Below are positions 18,906 to 29,843 of a stretch of 64,000 bases of DNA, one piece after another. The DNA comes from Candidatus Omnitrophota bacterium (GTDB lineage Bacteria > Omnitrophota > Omnitrophia > Omnitrophales > Aquincolibacteriaceae). Made by a program: the position numbers and the translations under genes. How positions within the stretch are numbered: the first letter of the stretch is position 1; each line of letters opens with the position of its first letter. The DNA lies in contig JBMONI010000024.1 in the NCBI GenBank assembly GCA_049324575.1, positions 53,144 to 117,143 of the forward strand. Reading direction: 5' to 3'. Below the pieces are notes generated by a model that ran no database searches, was not told the origin of the DNA, and worked only from the letters and a program-made list of their open reading frames with translations.

Positions 18906-20693
18906 TCAGGAAGCCGCAGGCAGGGTAAAGGAAAAAACGGAGCCTTGCCCCAACCGGCTCGAGCAATGGACCGCGCCGCTGTGGGCCTCAATGATATGCT
19001 TGACGATGGCAAGCCCAAGCCCGGTCCCGCCCAATTCCCGGGAACGGGCTTTGTCGGCACGGAAAAACCTTTCGAAGATCCTCGGGATCACCTTTTCCGG
19101 GATCCCGATCCCCGTATCCTCGATCTCAACACGAACGATCGCTCCATCCCGGCAGGCCGAGAAACGGATCAAGCCGCCCTCTTTGTTGAATTTGACCGCA
19201 TTATCGACAAGATTGACGAGCACTTGCTGCAATCGGTCAGGATCGGCAGAAACAAAGATCGCCGGTTCTGCGCCGATCGCATTATCGATCCGGATCTTTT
19301 TTCTCGCGAGAGATGGCGCCGAGGCTTCAAGGACTTTTCCGATCTCCGCCCGGAGATCGAGCCGCTTACAGCTCAGCGGGACCTCCCCGGATTCGATCTT
19401 CGAAAGCTCCAGCAGATCGTCGATCAGCCGGGTCAAACGGTCCGTATCCTCCTGCATCATCTGCAAGAAATGTTTTTCCTGCTCGCGCCCCGATGAAAGC
19501 TCCGTCAATAACGTCTCCAGGAACCCTCTAATCGAAGTCAGCGGCGTCCGAAGCTCATGAGAAACGTTCGCCACAAAATCCCTGCGCAGGTTTTCGAGCC
19601 GCCGAACGTCCGTCACATCATGAAGAACGAGAATCCCACAAAGGGCCCCTTCCGTCTTGGAGATCCCGATCGCATTTCCGCGGAGGACCGACCGTTCCGG
19701 AAGCCCCAGTTCGATCTCTTGAGCCACGACGCCGCTCGACTGGACGGCCTCGCGCATCATTTGATCGATCTTCGGATTGCGGGTGATCTCCATCAGGCTC
19801 CGCCCGATCATTTGATCGTGGGAGGTCCGGAACATCTTCGCCACCGCCGGATTGGCCATCAGAACGCAGTTCGCCCGATCCACGGCCAGCACCCCTTCGA
19901 TCATATGATCAAGCACCGCGCCTAATTTTGTTTTTTCGATCTCAAGTTCCTCAATCCTTTTCTGAAGAGCAGCGGCCATTCGGCGCATCGAGGTCGCAAG
20001 GACATTCAGTTCGTCGCTGTCCATAGCCGCCGCAGCCGAGGTCAGATCGCCGGCCCCGTAGCGGCGGGCCGCTTCGACCAGTTCTCCCACACGCCGGGTC
20101 AAACGCCCCCCCATCAAGATCCCGATCACCAGGATCACGGCAATACCCGCCGCCGCGCCAACCAGCATCGGCTTGCGGATCGCGTTGTAAAGCATATGAA
20201 CGTGATGGAGCGGCACGGCAACCCGCATCACCCCCGCCAATCGCCCTTCATCCAGGATGGGCCCCGCGACATAAAGCATTTCGCGGTTCAGAGTCATGCT
20301 AAAACGGACACTCGCACCGATCCTGCCCTGCAAAGCTTCACGCACTTCAGGACGGCTTGCATGATTCTCCATTTGGGTCAACGCTTCAAAGGTCTCTTCG
20401 GAATCCCCCAGGACCGTCCCTTCCGCGTCAATAAGAGTGAGCCGTAAGCCGACATCGCTCCCCAGCTCGTGGGTCAGTGCGAACACTTCCTCCGTTCTTT
20501 TTTCGGTCAAGAGTTTGCCTGGGATCGTATGCGCAAGGAGCCGCACTTCGGTCTTCATGGAGTCCTGAAGCTGCGCAAGCATTTGCTGTTTGAGAGCCTT
20601 AAAGAGGAAAATGCCGGTAAGAATGTAGATCAAAATAAAAAGACTGAGATAAGCCGCAATAACACGCTTTCTAAATCCAAGCGCCAAGAACAT
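18906..20693 (-). CDS. phoR: Sensor histidine kinase PhoR
   Basis: 2 TM, ENHASRPEV, HAMP, PAS, FVANVSHELRTPLTSI, RIFERFFRADKARSR, GGTGLGLAIVKH. Confidence 0.93.
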   Translation of the reverse strand: MFLALGFRKRVIAAYLSLFILIYILTGIFLFKALKQQMLAQLQDSMKTEVRLLAHTIPGKLLTEKRTEEVFALTHELGSDVGLRLTLIDAEGTVLGDSEETFEALTQMENHASRPEVREALQGRIGASVRFSMTLNREMLYVAGPILDEGRLAGVMRVAVPLHHVHMLYNAIRKPMLVGAAAGIAVILVIGILMGGRLTRRVGELVEAARRYGAGDLTSAAAAMDSDELNVLATSMRRMAAALQKRIEELEIEKTKLGAVLDHMIEGVLAVDRANCVLMANPAVAKMFRTSHDQMIGRSLMEITRNPKIDQMMREAVQSSGVVAQEIELGLPERSVLRGNAIGISKTEGALCGILVLHDVTDVRRLENLRRDFVANVSHELRTPLTSIRGFLETLLTELSSGREQEKHFLQMMQEDTDRLTRLIDDLLELSKIESGEVPLSCKRLDLRAEIGKVLEASAPSLARKKIRIDNAIGAEPAIFVSADPDRLQQVLVNLVDNAVKFNKEGGLIRFSACRDGAIVRVEIEDTGIGIPEKVIPRIFERFFRADKARSRELGGTGLGLAIVKHIIEAHSGAVHCSSRLGQGSVFSFTLPAAS

Positions 20694-20695
20694 CC

Positions 20696-21391
20696 CTAAG
20701 CCCCCTCGCAATCGAAACGGTATCCCACATTTTTGATCGTAATGATCCGGTCGGCCTCAGTTTTGATCTTTTTGCGAAGTTGTCCGACATGCATATCGAC
20801 GGTACGCGTTTCGATATTAAGCGATTCATCGTAACCCCACACATGCCCTAAAAGATATTCGCGCGAAAGAGCGCGGCCTTCCGCTTCCATCAAACTCCTG
20901 AGGAGATCGTATTCTTTCGAAGTAAGCTCGATGGGCTTGCCTTTCAAAGAAGCTAGGTGTTTTCCCGTATCAAGCTCGAGAGTCCCCGCTTTGAAGATCC
21001 GATCCTTGGGTTTTTCCTTCGCACGGCGCAAGATCGCCTTGACCCTGGCCACAAGCTCACGCGGGCTAAAGGGTTTGGTGATGTAATCGTCGGCCCCCAC
21101 TTCAAAACCCACGATCTTATCGACCTCTTCCCTTTTCGCCGTAAGCATGACGACCGGAATCGTTGCGGTCTTGTAATTTTGCTTAAGGATTTTGCAGATC
21201 TCAATCCCTTCGAGGCCGGGCAGCATCAAATCGAGAATAATAAGATCGGGAAGTTCGCGCCGGATCTTCTCAAGACCCTCGTCCCCCCGGATCGAAAAGA
21301 GGACGCGGAACCCTTCTTTTTCAAGATTGTATTTGACAAGCTCAACGATGTTTTTTTCGTCTTCGACGACGAGAATTGTCGGTTTGGCCAT
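20696..21391 (-). CDS. phoB: OmpR-family response regulator PhoB/PhoP
   Basis: LDLMLPG, GADDYITKPFSPRELVAR, TRTVDMHVGQLRKK; adjacent to phoR and pst. Confidence 0.9.
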   Translation of the reverse strand: MAKPTILVVEDEKNIVELVKYNLEKEGFRVLFSIRGDEGLEKIRRELPDLIILDLMLPGLEGIEICKILKQNYKTATIPVVMLTAKREEVDKIVGFEVGADDYITKPFSPRELVARVKAILRRAKEKPKDRIFKAGTLELDTGKHLASLKGKPIELTSKEYDLLRSLMEAEGRALSREYLLGHVWGYDESLNIETRTVDMHVGQLRKKIKTEADRIITIKNVGYRFDCEGA

Positions 21392-21434
21392 AACCGTCCC
21401 TCCCGCCTAGAATCCATCTTTCCCGGGCGAGGGT

Positions 21435-21453
21435 CAAGTAAAGAACTTGTAAA
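21435..21453 (-). promoter_or_regulatory. Candidate Pho box overlapping the phoB promoter -35
   Basis: Minus strand TTTACA-agttc-TTTACTTG runs into TTGACC-17 nt-GATTCT, 44 bp upstream of phoB. Confidence 0.7.
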
Positions 21454-21484
21454 AAACGGCGTTCCCGTCAGGAAAAACGCGCGT

Positions 21485-22063
21485 TCAGAGCTCCCGCACC
21501 GTCACTTTTTTCATCTCGATCGTGCTGAGCGGCTTGTCCTGACGGTCTCGGGGCGCATTGACGATCTTGGTCACGACATCCATCCCCGCGGTCACCTTTC
21601 CGAAAATCGAATGCCGGTTATCCAGCCAAGGCGTTGCGGCAACGGTAATGAAGAACTGACTTCCATTCGTGTTGGGACCCGCATTCGCCATCGAGAGAAT
21701 GCCCGGCTGGTCATGCTTGAGGTCCGGTGAAAATTCATCCTCGAATTGATAGCCGGGGCCGCCCCGCCCGGTCCCGGTCGGATCGCCGGTCTGGACCATA
21801 AAGTCCGGGATCACGCGATGAAAAATGATCCCGTCATAAAAACCCTTCTTCGCAAGGTCCGTAAAATTCTTCACCGTGCGGGGCGCTTTGTCGTTGAAAA
21901 GTTCCGCTTCGATCGTTCCGAGGGTCGTTTCAATGCTCACTTTCACGATGGCAGGCTCCTTGGTTTGTGCCGGAGGCAGATCGGCCGAGGCCCCAGAAGC
22001 CCACGCCATGATCCCCCAAATACCAACGGCGGTTGATAAAAAAAAGAAACAGTTCCTATTCAT
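21485..22063 (-). CDS. Cyclophilin-type peptidyl-prolyl isomerase, probably periplasmic
   Basis: [49 protein letters not shown]; signal-like N-terminus. Confidence 0.93.
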   Translation of the reverse strand: MNRNCFFFLSTAVGIWGIMAWASGASADLPPAQTKEPAIVKVSIETTLGTIEAELFNDKAPRTVKNFTDLAKKGFYDGIIFHRVIPDFMVQTGDPTGTGRGGPGYQFEDEFSPDLKHDQPGILSMANAGPNTNGSQFFITVAATPWLDNRHSIFGKVTAGMDVVTKIVNAPRDRQDKPLSTIEMKKVTVREL

Positions 22064-22136
22064 CCATGCAATCCCTTTTGCGACGCGCATTCTACCACAG
22101 ATCCCCACAAGCAAACCCGGACATTCGCCGCAGCGC

Positions 22137-23984
22137 TCATGCCTTCGGAGCAAGCTTGTCGATCGTCTCCTGCAAAGCGCACCATTCCTCTTCGGCCTCT
22201 TCCAGAGCGACCTGAAGCTCTTTCAGTTTCGCATTCCTCTCGCGCGAAAAGTGAAGCGGATTATGCGACATCGCCTCAAGCAGTTTATCCCGCTCGCGCG
22301 CATAATGATTCATCCGCTGTTCGATTTTTTCCATTTTTTTCTTGAGCTTGGAAAGTTCGGACCGCACCGCGCGCGCGGAAAGCGCTTCGCCGGAAGCGAG
22401 CGCATTCGAAACGGCCGTCCGTGTCTCGGTCGGCGCGGAAGCCTTCTCTTGATGGCGCGGGCCGGCTGGCTCCGCCTCCTTGGCATGCTCGGTTTCTCCC
22501 TGGGCGATCATCTCGAGATGATAGACATAATCCTCATAGATCCCCGGATAGCGGCGGACCGCCCCGTTCTTGACCTCCAGGATCTGGGTCGCCACCAGAT
22601 TCACAAAGGTCCGGTCGTGGCTGATGAAAAAAACGGTCCCTGAGAACCTTTTCAACGCATGCCCGAGCGCCTCTACGGTCTCGAAATCAAGATGGTTGGT
22701 CGGTTCATCAAGAAGCAGGACATGGCATTTGGAGAGCAGGAGGCCGGCAAGCACAAGACGCGCCCGCTCGCCGCCGCTCAGGACCCGGACCTTCTTTTTC
22801 ACATCATCGCCTTTAAAAAGAAAACAGCCGGCCATGGTAAGGATCTCCTGGCTTGTGACCTCCGGCGCGCTCTCCCGCAGAAGATGGGCGTAAATATCGT
22901 CCTCGGCATGAAGTGACGAGAACACATGCTGGGCATAATAGGCGACCCGCAATCCGCTTCCCCAGCGGAAACCACCCTCCCGCGGCGCAAGATCCCCTGC
23001 GATCGTCCTGAGAAATGTCGTCTTCCCCTGCCCGTTATCCCCCAAGACTGCGACATGCTCCCCGCGGTCGATATCGAAAGCGATCCCCCGAGCCACCTCT
23101 TTTTCAGGATACCCGATCGTCAGATCATCACAGGAAAGCGCGAGCCCCGCTTTCCGCTCGACCTCCGGGATATAGATACGGACCGAGCTCACCTGATGCG
23201 CGATCTCGATCGTTTTTAACTTCGAGAGCTGCTTCATTTTCGACTGGGCACGGGAAGCCGTCGACGCCTTGGCTTTGAACCGGTCGATAAAGACCTGCAG
23301 TTGGTCGCGTTTTTTCTGAATGCCCCGGTTATAAGCCTGCTTCCGCGCGTTTTCTTCTTCCTTGAACTCGAAATACTCCTCGATATTGCCCGGATAGAGG
23401 ATGAGCCTTCCCGCTTCAAGTTCGAGCGTATGATCGCAGGTCCGCTTCAGGAATTCACGATCGTGCGAAACGATCAGGTACCCGCCGCCGAAATCGAGCA
23501 GGAAATTCTCCAGAAGGATCATCGTGCTTAAGTCCAGATAATTGCTCGGCTCGTCGAGCAAAAGAAAATTGGGACGCCCGATCAACATCGCCGCAAGTTT
23601 CACGCGGGTCTGGTAGCCTCCCGGAAGGCTCCGGACCAAAACGCCGAGCAGGTCCTGATGGAGCTGGAAGCGAGCGCCGGTCATTCCGCATTCCCAAGGC
23701 TCCGCGCCCGTTTTTCGGACCAAATAGTCCAGGACCGTTTCGCCGTCGCCGAAATCGTCATGTTGTTCGAGGTAGCCCAGCTTGAGCTCGGAATTCCTGA
23801 CGATCGCCCCCTCGTCAGAGGTCTCATGGCCGGTGATAATGCGGCAAAGCGTGGATTTGCCCGCCCCGTTACGGCCGATCATTCCGATCTTTTGATCGTC
23901 TGCAAAAGAGGCGCTCGCCCCGTCGAGGATCACCGCGGCCCCATAGGCTTTGTGGATATTGTTGATCTGAAGAAGAACGGCCAT
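22137..23984 (-). CDS. ABC-F family ATPase
   Basis: Two ABC cassettes ([28 protein letters not shown]), helical linker, C-terminal coiled coil, no TM. Confidence 0.93.
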   Translation of the reverse strand: MAVLLQINNIHKAYGAAVILDGASASFADDQKIGMIGRNGAGKSTLCRIITGHETSDEGAIVRNSELKLGYLEQHDDFGDGETVLDYLVRKTGAEPWECGMTGARFQLHQDLLGVLVRSLPGGYQTRVKLAAMLIGRPNFLLLDEPSNYLDLSTMILLENFLLDFGGGYLIVSHDREFLKRTCDHTLELEAGRLILYPGNIEEYFEFKEEENARKQAYNRGIQKKRDQLQVFIDRFKAKASTASRAQSKMKQLSKLKTIEIAHQVSSVRIYIPEVERKAGLALSCDDLTIGYPEKEVARGIAFDIDRGEHVAVLGDNGQGKTTFLRTIAGDLAPREGGFRWGSGLRVAYYAQHVFSSLHAEDDIYAHLLRESAPEVTSQEILTMAGCFLFKGDDVKKKVRVLSGGERARLVLAGLLLSKCHVLLLDEPTNHLDFETVEALGHALKRFSGTVFFISHDRTFVNLVATQILEVKNGAVRRYPGIYEDYVYHLEMIAQGETEHAKEAEPAGPRHQEKASAPTETRTAVSNALASGEALSARAVRSELSKLKKKMEKIEQRMNHYARERDKLLEAMSHNPLHFSRERNAKLKELQVALEEAEEEWCALQETIDKLAPKA

Positions 23985-24011
23985 AAAAAATATCGATCCC
24001 CTAACAAAACG

Positions 24012-24037
24012 GTAGGGCAGGTTTAAACCTGCCCTAC
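24012..24037. repeat. GTAG-type REP-like palindrome, copy 1
   Basis: Perfect 26-bp palindrome GTAGGGCAGGTTTAAACCTGCCCTAC, intergenic. Confidence 0.75.
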
Positions 24038-24054
24038 AGGCTTTTCCGACAGAA

Positions 24055-24104
24055 GTCATCCTGAGCGAAGTCCCGCCCCAGGCAGGACGCGGTCGAAGGA
24101 TCTC
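24055..24104 (+). repeat. GTCATCCTGAGCGAAG...CGAAGGATCTC REP-like element with an internal hairpin
   Basis: Resembles a widespread short dispersed repeat family (recalled, not searched); the middle is interrupted by gtcccgcc-cca-ggcaggac. Confidence 0.5.
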
Positions 24105-24184
24105 GCGAATGAAACCCTTCCATCCCGCCCTATAACAGCGGAGCTCCTCTCAGAGTAAGCGGGATTGGAACAATCCCATGTTCC

Positions 24185-25402
24185 TTATTTGAACAATACG
24201 AATTCCCGGACTTTGATGTTGTAAAGGACCCCGGCCATCGTAACGCCCGATTCGACCTTGCCGGCGTTCAGGATCTCGGCCGAATCGCATCCCTGGGCCT
24301 TCATGATCTCGCGCACACGCGCCATGACCTTGTCGCTCAGGTCCCCGCTCGTCAGCACATCGTAGGCGGTCGCGAAACTCAATGTCTTTCCCTGCTTGAG
24401 CCCGATCCCTTCGGGCGTAACCAGGATCTCCGCCTGGGCAGGCCCCCCTTTGAAACTCTCGGCAATGATCTCGGCCTCGTGAAGGATCTTGTAGGCAGCA
24501 AGCCCGCCCTGGGCCCCGGCCGCGATCCGCAAGATCCCCTCCTTCCCGCGAACAGCCTTCAATTTCTCCAGGTAAAAACGGAAATAGGTCACTTCCCGCG
24601 GCGTGTAGTAAGGATGGTTCAGGATCCCGTCCACCGTAACCGGAGAGATCCCGATCGCCAGCAGCGCCTGCTTGTTCGCGGCAAAAATATCGCGGCGGTT
24701 CGCGCTGTCCACGAATTCGTCGGCCGCGGTATTGAGGCTTCCGGCGGTCAGCGTAAGCGAAACAAGCGCCGCGACCGGGATCAGGAGTTTCGCGACCATC
24801 ACCGCGCCTTTGCCGCCCATTTGGGCCTTGGCCATTCCGTCCAGCTTGGTCTGAAGATAGGGATTACGGGAATAGACGTCCACGCCCATTTTCTTGGCGA
24901 GATCGCGTTTGGTGGATCCGGTCATGCGCTCGCCAAAGGACATTTTCTCGCCTTCTTCTTTTTCTTCGAACATCCGCCCGATCCGGCTGCCGAGTTTTTT
25001 CGTGGCCGAGCCGATCCCCGCCGCCGACTCCTTTGGCCGGGTCACAAGATTCTTGATACCGGTCCCCGTGTCTTTGATCGATTCCACCGCTCCCTCGCCG
25101 AACCCGCCCTCCGCCTCTGAGTCCTTCAGCATCTCGAGCGCCTGGATCTCCTTGACGGCTTTGCGCAGATCGGCCAATCCTTCCTCCGTATATTCCCCGT
25201 GCGGCGCGGTGATCTGGAATCTGAGGAATCCCGGATTGCTGGCAGACGCTTTGACGGAGGTCACGGAATAGCGCTGAATGCCTTGCGGCAAAAAATTTTT
25301 CGGAAGATCGAGATCCTTCAGCGAAGCGTAATTGCCCCCGGTGGTCAGTACGAAGGCCAGGAAAAGAGCGATCCAAGAACAGGTTTTTTCATATTTTGCC
25401 AT
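24185..25402 (-). CDS. Hypothetical exported protein (405 aa)
   Basis: Long ORF, GGAGG RBS, N-terminal hydrophobic segment; no family recognised. Confidence 0.8.
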   Translation of the reverse strand: MAKYEKTCSWIALFLAFVLTTGGNYASLKDLDLPKNFLPQGIQRYSVTSVKASASNPGFLRFQITAPHGEYTEEGLADLRKAVKEIQALEMLKDSEAEGGFGEGAVESIKDTGTGIKNLVTRPKESAAGIGSATKKLGSRIGRMFEEKEEGEKMSFGERMTGSTKRDLAKKMGVDVYSRNPYLQTKLDGMAKAQMGGKGAVMVAKLLIPVAALVSLTLTAGSLNTAADEFVDSANRRDIFAANKQALLAIGISPVTVDGILNHPYYTPREVTYFRFYLEKLKAVRGKEGILRIAAGAQGGLAAYKILHEAEIIAESFKGGPAQAEILVTPEGIGLKQGKTLSFATAYDVLTSGDLSDKVMARVREIMKAQGCDSAEILNAGKVESGVTMAGVLYNIKVREFVLFK

Positions 25403-25493
25403 AAGAGCCTCCGCCCGTTGGGAACAAGACCATTCTACTCCACCGAGGAATAACGATTAAGCGATTTTTAGGCCCTTGAACCGGCGCCCCGGA

Positions 25494-27449
25494 TCATTCG
25501 TAACGCAAGGCCGTGATGGGATCAAGCCGGGAAGCGGTCTTGGCCGGCCAAAGACCGAAAAGGATCCCGACCCCGACGGAAAAAACAAAGGACAAAAACA
25601 CGGAATCAAGCTGGATCACGGTCGCCCAGCCCGCCGTCAAGGTGATCGTCCAGGAGACCGCCATCCCGAGGAGCATGCCCGCGATCCCTCCGAAAAACGT
25701 AACGACGACGGATTCGACCAGAAATTGGACGAGGATATCCGCCGAGGTCGCCCCGAGCGCTTTCCGCAGGCCGATCTCGCGCGTCCTTTCGGTCACCGAA
25801 ACCAGCATGATGTTCATGATCCCGATCCCTCCGACCAAAAGCGAGATCGCCGCGACGGTCCCGAGCAACACGGAAAAGGTCTTCGTGGTCCCTGAAAGCG
25901 CCTCCTGGATCTGCGTGTTATCGCGGATCGTGAACGTATCTTCCTTGCCTTCGGGGATCCGGTACCTTCGGCGGATCATTTCGGCGATCTGCTCCTGAAC
26001 CTCCGGGATCCGCTTGGGATCGGCCACCTGCACTTCAACCTGGTCGAGATATTGGCGGCTGAGGACACGGTACATCGCTGTTTCAAGCGGGATCAGGATC
26101 ATATCATCCCGGTCCCGGAACGCATCCGCCCCCAGGCTGGGCAGGACGCCGATCACCTGGAATTCGGTCCGGTTGATCTTGATCGTCTCCCCGATCACCG
26201 GCCCCTCGCCCAAAAGCTCCCGAACGATCGTCGCTCCCACGACCGCAACGCGACGCCGTTTCTTGTTCTCGTCCGCGGTGAAAAAGCGCCCTTCGGTCAG
26301 CTGGATCTCGCGCATGGGCACATATTCGGGCATCGTGCCCAGGATCCGCGTATTCCAGTTCTCACTCGTGTACTCGATCTGCCCCTGTCCCGACACTTGA
26401 GCGCCCACATACCGGACGCCTTCGATCCCGGACCGGATCGCCGCGACATCTTCAAGCGCAAGCCGGGTCACCGCCCCTTGTTCGAGGGCGATCCCGCGCG
26501 ACTTCTCGGAGCCCGGACGGATCGACAGGATATTGGTTCCGAATCGAGAAAGCTCCTGCATCACCGATTCGCGCGCGCCGCGGCCCAAGGCAAGCATGGC
26601 GATCACGCAGCCGACCCCGATCAGCACGCCGAGCATGGAAAGCAGCGAACGCATCTTGTGCGCAAGGATCGTCTCGAGCGCCTGACCGAAATACTCGGCG
26701 ATATCCCGGACCGAAAACTTTTCGCGGGGAACTTCGGGGACCGCAAGCGGCGCGCCCTCCCGTCCCGCCGCCTCTCCTTTTTTTTCATCCGATTCGATCT
26801 TTCCGTCCATCATACGGAGGATGCGCGTTGCGTGCCGCGCGACCGCATCGTCGTGTGTCACCACGATCACGGTCTGCCCCTGGGCATGGCGGTCGCTCAG
26901 GATCTTCATGATCTCTTCGCGGGCATGAGAATCCAGATTCCCGGTCGGCTCGTCCGCCATGAGGATACGGGGCCGGTTCACAAGCGCGCGCGCAATGGCG
27001 ACCCGCTGCTGCTGTCCCCCGGAAAGCTCATTGGGACGATGGTTCGTGCGATCCTTCAATCCCACATGAGCGAGCGCTTCAAGCGCATCGGTAAAACCCC
27101 CTTCGCGGGCGGTTTTGGAATAGAAACGGGCAAGGAGGACATTGCTGGCGGCCGTCCGGCGGGCCAGGAGATTGAATTGCTGAAAGACGAAACCGATCGC
27201 CTGATTCCTGAGCAGCGCAAGCTGCTCCTCCGTAAGGCGGGTCACATCGGCCCCCGAAAAATACAGGCCCCCCTCATCCGGACGGTCCAGAAGACCCAGG
27301 ATGTGCATAAGCGTGGACTTGCCCGACCCCGACGGTCCCATGATCGCGACGAATTCACCCTCGCGGATCTCGAGCGACACGCCTCGCAGGGCGTGGACCG
27401 AGACCGTCCCGATCCGGTATTTCTTGTGAAGATTTTGCGCGGTGATCAT
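25494..27449 (-). CDS. macB: MacB-type ABC transporter (fused ATPase and permease)
   Basis: [61 protein letters not shown]. Confidence 0.92.
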   Translation of the reverse strand: MITAQNLHKKYRIGTVSVHALRGVSLEIREGEFVAIMGPSGSGKSTLMHILGLLDRPDEGGLYFSGADVTRLTEEQLALLRNQAIGFVFQQFNLLARRTAASNVLLARFYSKTAREGGFTDALEALAHVGLKDRTNHRPNELSGGQQQRVAIARALVNRPRILMADEPTGNLDSHAREEIMKILSDRHAQGQTVIVVTHDDAVARHATRILRMMDGKIESDEKKGEAAGREGAPLAVPEVPREKFSVRDIAEYFGQALETILAHKMRSLLSMLGVLIGVGCVIAMLALGRGARESVMQELSRFGTNILSIRPGSEKSRGIALEQGAVTRLALEDVAAIRSGIEGVRYVGAQVSGQGQIEYTSENWNTRILGTMPEYVPMREIQLTEGRFFTADENKKRRRVAVVGATIVRELLGEGPVIGETIKINRTEFQVIGVLPSLGADAFRDRDDMILIPLETAMYRVLSRQYLDQVEVQVADPKRIPEVQEQIAEMIRRRYRIPEGKEDTFTIRDNTQIQEALSGTTKTFSVLLGTVAAISLLVGGIGIMNIMLVSVTERTREIGLRKALGATSADILVQFLVESVVVTFFGGIAGMLLGMAVSWTITLTAGWATVIQLDSVFLSFVFSVGVGILFGLWPAKTASRLDPITALRYE

Positions 27450-28435
27450 CCCCGGGGCCGCTCGGAGGACCGGCTGCGGTTCGGTGAAAGCGGGTTGGTC
27501 TTTTTCTCAGTGGCGCGCCGGCGGACGATGAGGACTTCATCGCCTTCCTGAAGTCCTTCGAGAACCTCGGTCGACCGGCCGTCCGTTTCCCCGAGCCGGA
27601 CCCGGACCGGAGCGATCGCTCCCCCGAACCGGGAGCGGTAAACCGCGAACACACCTTCCTGCGAAGCACCGGCCGTCTCCCCTTTCCATTCACTGACCGC
27701 TTCCGAGGGGATCAAAAGCACGTCTTTCTTCTCGAGAACAATGAACGTGAGCGTGGCCGTCATCCCGCTCCGGAAATGCTCGGGAACTTTTTCCGGAAGA
27801 ATATCCACCGGGTACATGCTGACGTTGTTGACGATCCGGCTTTCGAAGGCCACATGATCGACCTTGGCCGGAGTCCGTTCTCCCGGATACGCATCCAAAC
27901 GGACCTCCACCGGCTGTTCCAGCTTAACCAACGCCAGGTCGGTCTCATCGACCAGGGCTTCGACGATCAATCGGTCGGCGAGCACGATCACCGCTTCCGA
28001 AGCTGTGACTGTCTGACCGGGCTCTACAGCACGAAGGATGACCGTCCCGTCCAGCGGCGCCACGAGCGGCGCCCGCTTGTAGGCATCTTCCCAGCGCTGG
28101 ACCGCCTCCGGCCCCTGCGAGCGGGCGACATCCAGCAGCGCCGCGCGGTCCGAGGAACTCATCCAGGCGAGGATCTGCCCCTGCTTCACGGTCTGGCCTT
28201 CGCGGACAAGCACCTCCTCGATCCGTCCCGCGATGGAAGGTTTGATCTCGATCCGGTTCTGGGGTTTGACTTCCCCGGTCGAAGAGATCGTCACCGACAG
28301 GTCTCCGCGCCCGGCCTTGGCTTTCCGGATCACTTCAAAACCCTCGGTCCGGGAAGAACAATTCGTCAGGACCACGATCAACGCGATCCCGAGTCCCGCT
28401 CCAGCGATCACCCATTTTGACAACTTATTTTTCAT
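27446..28435 (-). CDS. macA: MacA-like periplasmic adaptor subunit
   Basis: N-terminal TM, lipoyl-like GRIEEVLVREGQTVKQGQILA and APLDGTV, VDETD; coupled to macB. Confidence 0.85.
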   Translation of the reverse strand: MKNKLSKWVIAGAGLGIALIVVLTNCSSRTEGFEVIRKAKAGRGDLSVTISSTGEVKPQNRIEIKPSIAGRIEEVLVREGQTVKQGQILAWMSSSDRAALLDVARSQGPEAVQRWEDAYKRAPLVAPLDGTVILRAVEPGQTVTASEAVIVLADRLIVEALVDETDLALVKLEQPVEVRLDAYPGERTPAKVDHVAFESRIVNNVSMYPVDILPEKVPEHFRSGMTATLTFIVLEKKDVLLIPSEAVSEWKGETAGASQEGVFAVYRSRFGGAIAPVRVRLGETDGRSTEVLEGLQEGDEVLIVRRRATEKKTNPLSPNRSRSSERPRG

Positions 28436-29750
28436 TCAGCGCCTCTTCCAAAGTAAGTCCGCGGGCCCCTTCCCACCCAGCTTGCCTTCTTAATGCATCG
28501 GCAAGACTGGTCACATAGTTGCGTTCAGAATCCGCAAGCTCCTGCTCGGCGATATCGAAATCCTGGAAATTGACAAGTCCGCTCGAGTATTGCGAACGGA
28601 CGATCCCGGCCCGCTCCCGGGCCGCCTCGAGAAAGGCCCGCCGAACGTCGACCGCTTCGAGGGCGTCCCGGAAGTCGATCCAGGCGGACGAAAGATCCGT
28701 GATGGCTTCGTCCCGGGCGCTTCGCGCCGTCTCAAAAGCCGCCCGGTAATCGGCATTCGCCTCGAGGATCCCCAACACCGTCTCCCCTCCCCGGAAAAGA
28801 GGAAGATCGACCCGAAGCCGCAAACTCGCATCGTCCCGCATTTCAGAGGACCGGACGCCGGAATATCCATAATCGAAAGAGCCGGTCACATCCGGCCAAA
28901 GCCCGGACTGCGAAACCGCGATCCCGGCTTTCAGGGCCTCCGCGTTCTTGATCAGCCGCTGGACCGACGGCACGGATTCCGCCAGGTTCGGATAATTCCC
29001 GGGTTTTTCCGTTTTTTCCGGAAGCAGCGGTTCCAGGTTCTCTTCGACCCGGATCGCCTCCGAGAAATGCCCTCCCAGATGCCTCCCGAGAGCGAGGGAT
29101 TTCTGTTCGATCTGACGTTCGCTCTGGCGGACATTGAATTCCGCCTGGTCCGCGATCGCCTTTGCGCGCAGCATCGCTCCTTTGTTCTCCCGCCCCGCTT
29201 CGTAGCGCATGCGGATCAACTCCGCATTCTCCCGGCGCCGTTTCGCGATCTCGCGCGTGACCGCAAGCAGCTGGTATTCTTCCATCGTCGCGATATAGGC
29301 CGAACGGAGAGAAAGCCGGATCTCGGCGCTTTTCTCGAAATAGGCCCACCGCTCGGCTTCCCATTCCCGCTTGGCCTTGAGGAAATCCGCCGTATTCTCG
29401 AAACCGCTGAAGAAGGTCTGATCGACGCTCAGCCCCAGATCCAGATCGTCTTCCATGGGCCGGGTCCCCGTCGTCCGCGAACGGCTCCGCGTCAGGCTTC
29501 CGTCGGCCGAAGGCAGGAAATCGGCGATCGTTTGATTGCGGTTGTGCTTCTTGGACTGAAGGCTCTGGCGGGCTTCGATGAGGTCCGGATGGTCCCGAAG
29601 CGCGATCTCGACGGCGCGGCGCCAGTGGAGAGGCCCCTCGTCGGAAGGGCCTTGCAAGATCTTGGCTTCGGGAAGGCGCGTATGAAGACAGCCGGTGAAA
29701 AGCAACACTGAAAGCAAGAACGCTTTTTGTATCACTGCTTTGAGGATCAA
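28425..29750 (-). CDS. TolC-family outer-membrane efflux protein
   Basis: Lipobox-like LFTGC, two OEP repeats (LPSADGS, RYEAG, WPDVTGS, LPLFRGG, QYSSG). Confidence 0.88.
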   Translation of the reverse strand: MILKAVIQKAFLLSVLLFTGCLHTRLPEAKILQGPSDEGPLHWRRAVEIALRDHPDLIEARQSLQSKKHNRNQTIADFLPSADGSLTRSRSRTTGTRPMEDDLDLGLSVDQTFFSGFENTADFLKAKREWEAERWAYFEKSAEIRLSLRSAYIATMEEYQLLAVTREIAKRRRENAELIRMRYEAGRENKGAMLRAKAIADQAEFNVRQSERQIEQKSLALGRHLGGHFSEAIRVEENLEPLLPEKTEKPGNYPNLAESVPSVQRLIKNAEALKAGIAVSQSGLWPDVTGSFDYGYSGVRSSEMRDDASLRLRVDLPLFRGGETVLGILEANADYRAAFETARSARDEAITDLSSAWIDFRDALEAVDVRRAFLEAARERAGIVRSQYSSGLVNFQDFDIAEQELADSERNYVTSLADALRRQAGWEGARGLTLEEALNEK

Positions 29751-29843
29751 GGCAAAAATCCTTTCGGTTCCGCGAAATTATAGCAAGCCGGAGATCAAAC
29801 AGGCACCTTTTTCATCCGGCCGCAAAGCGTATGGCAAGATCCC

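Noticed and set aside
11070-22375. RSEL tetrapeptides in TypA and the ABC-F protein
   Set aside because: They lack the following RS and lie within ordinary cytoplasmic proteins; chance partial matches to the giant-protein linker motif.
26052-27551. 499-aa + strand ORF
   Set aside because: Antisense shadow of macB with no family motifs; typical of GC-rich codon bias.
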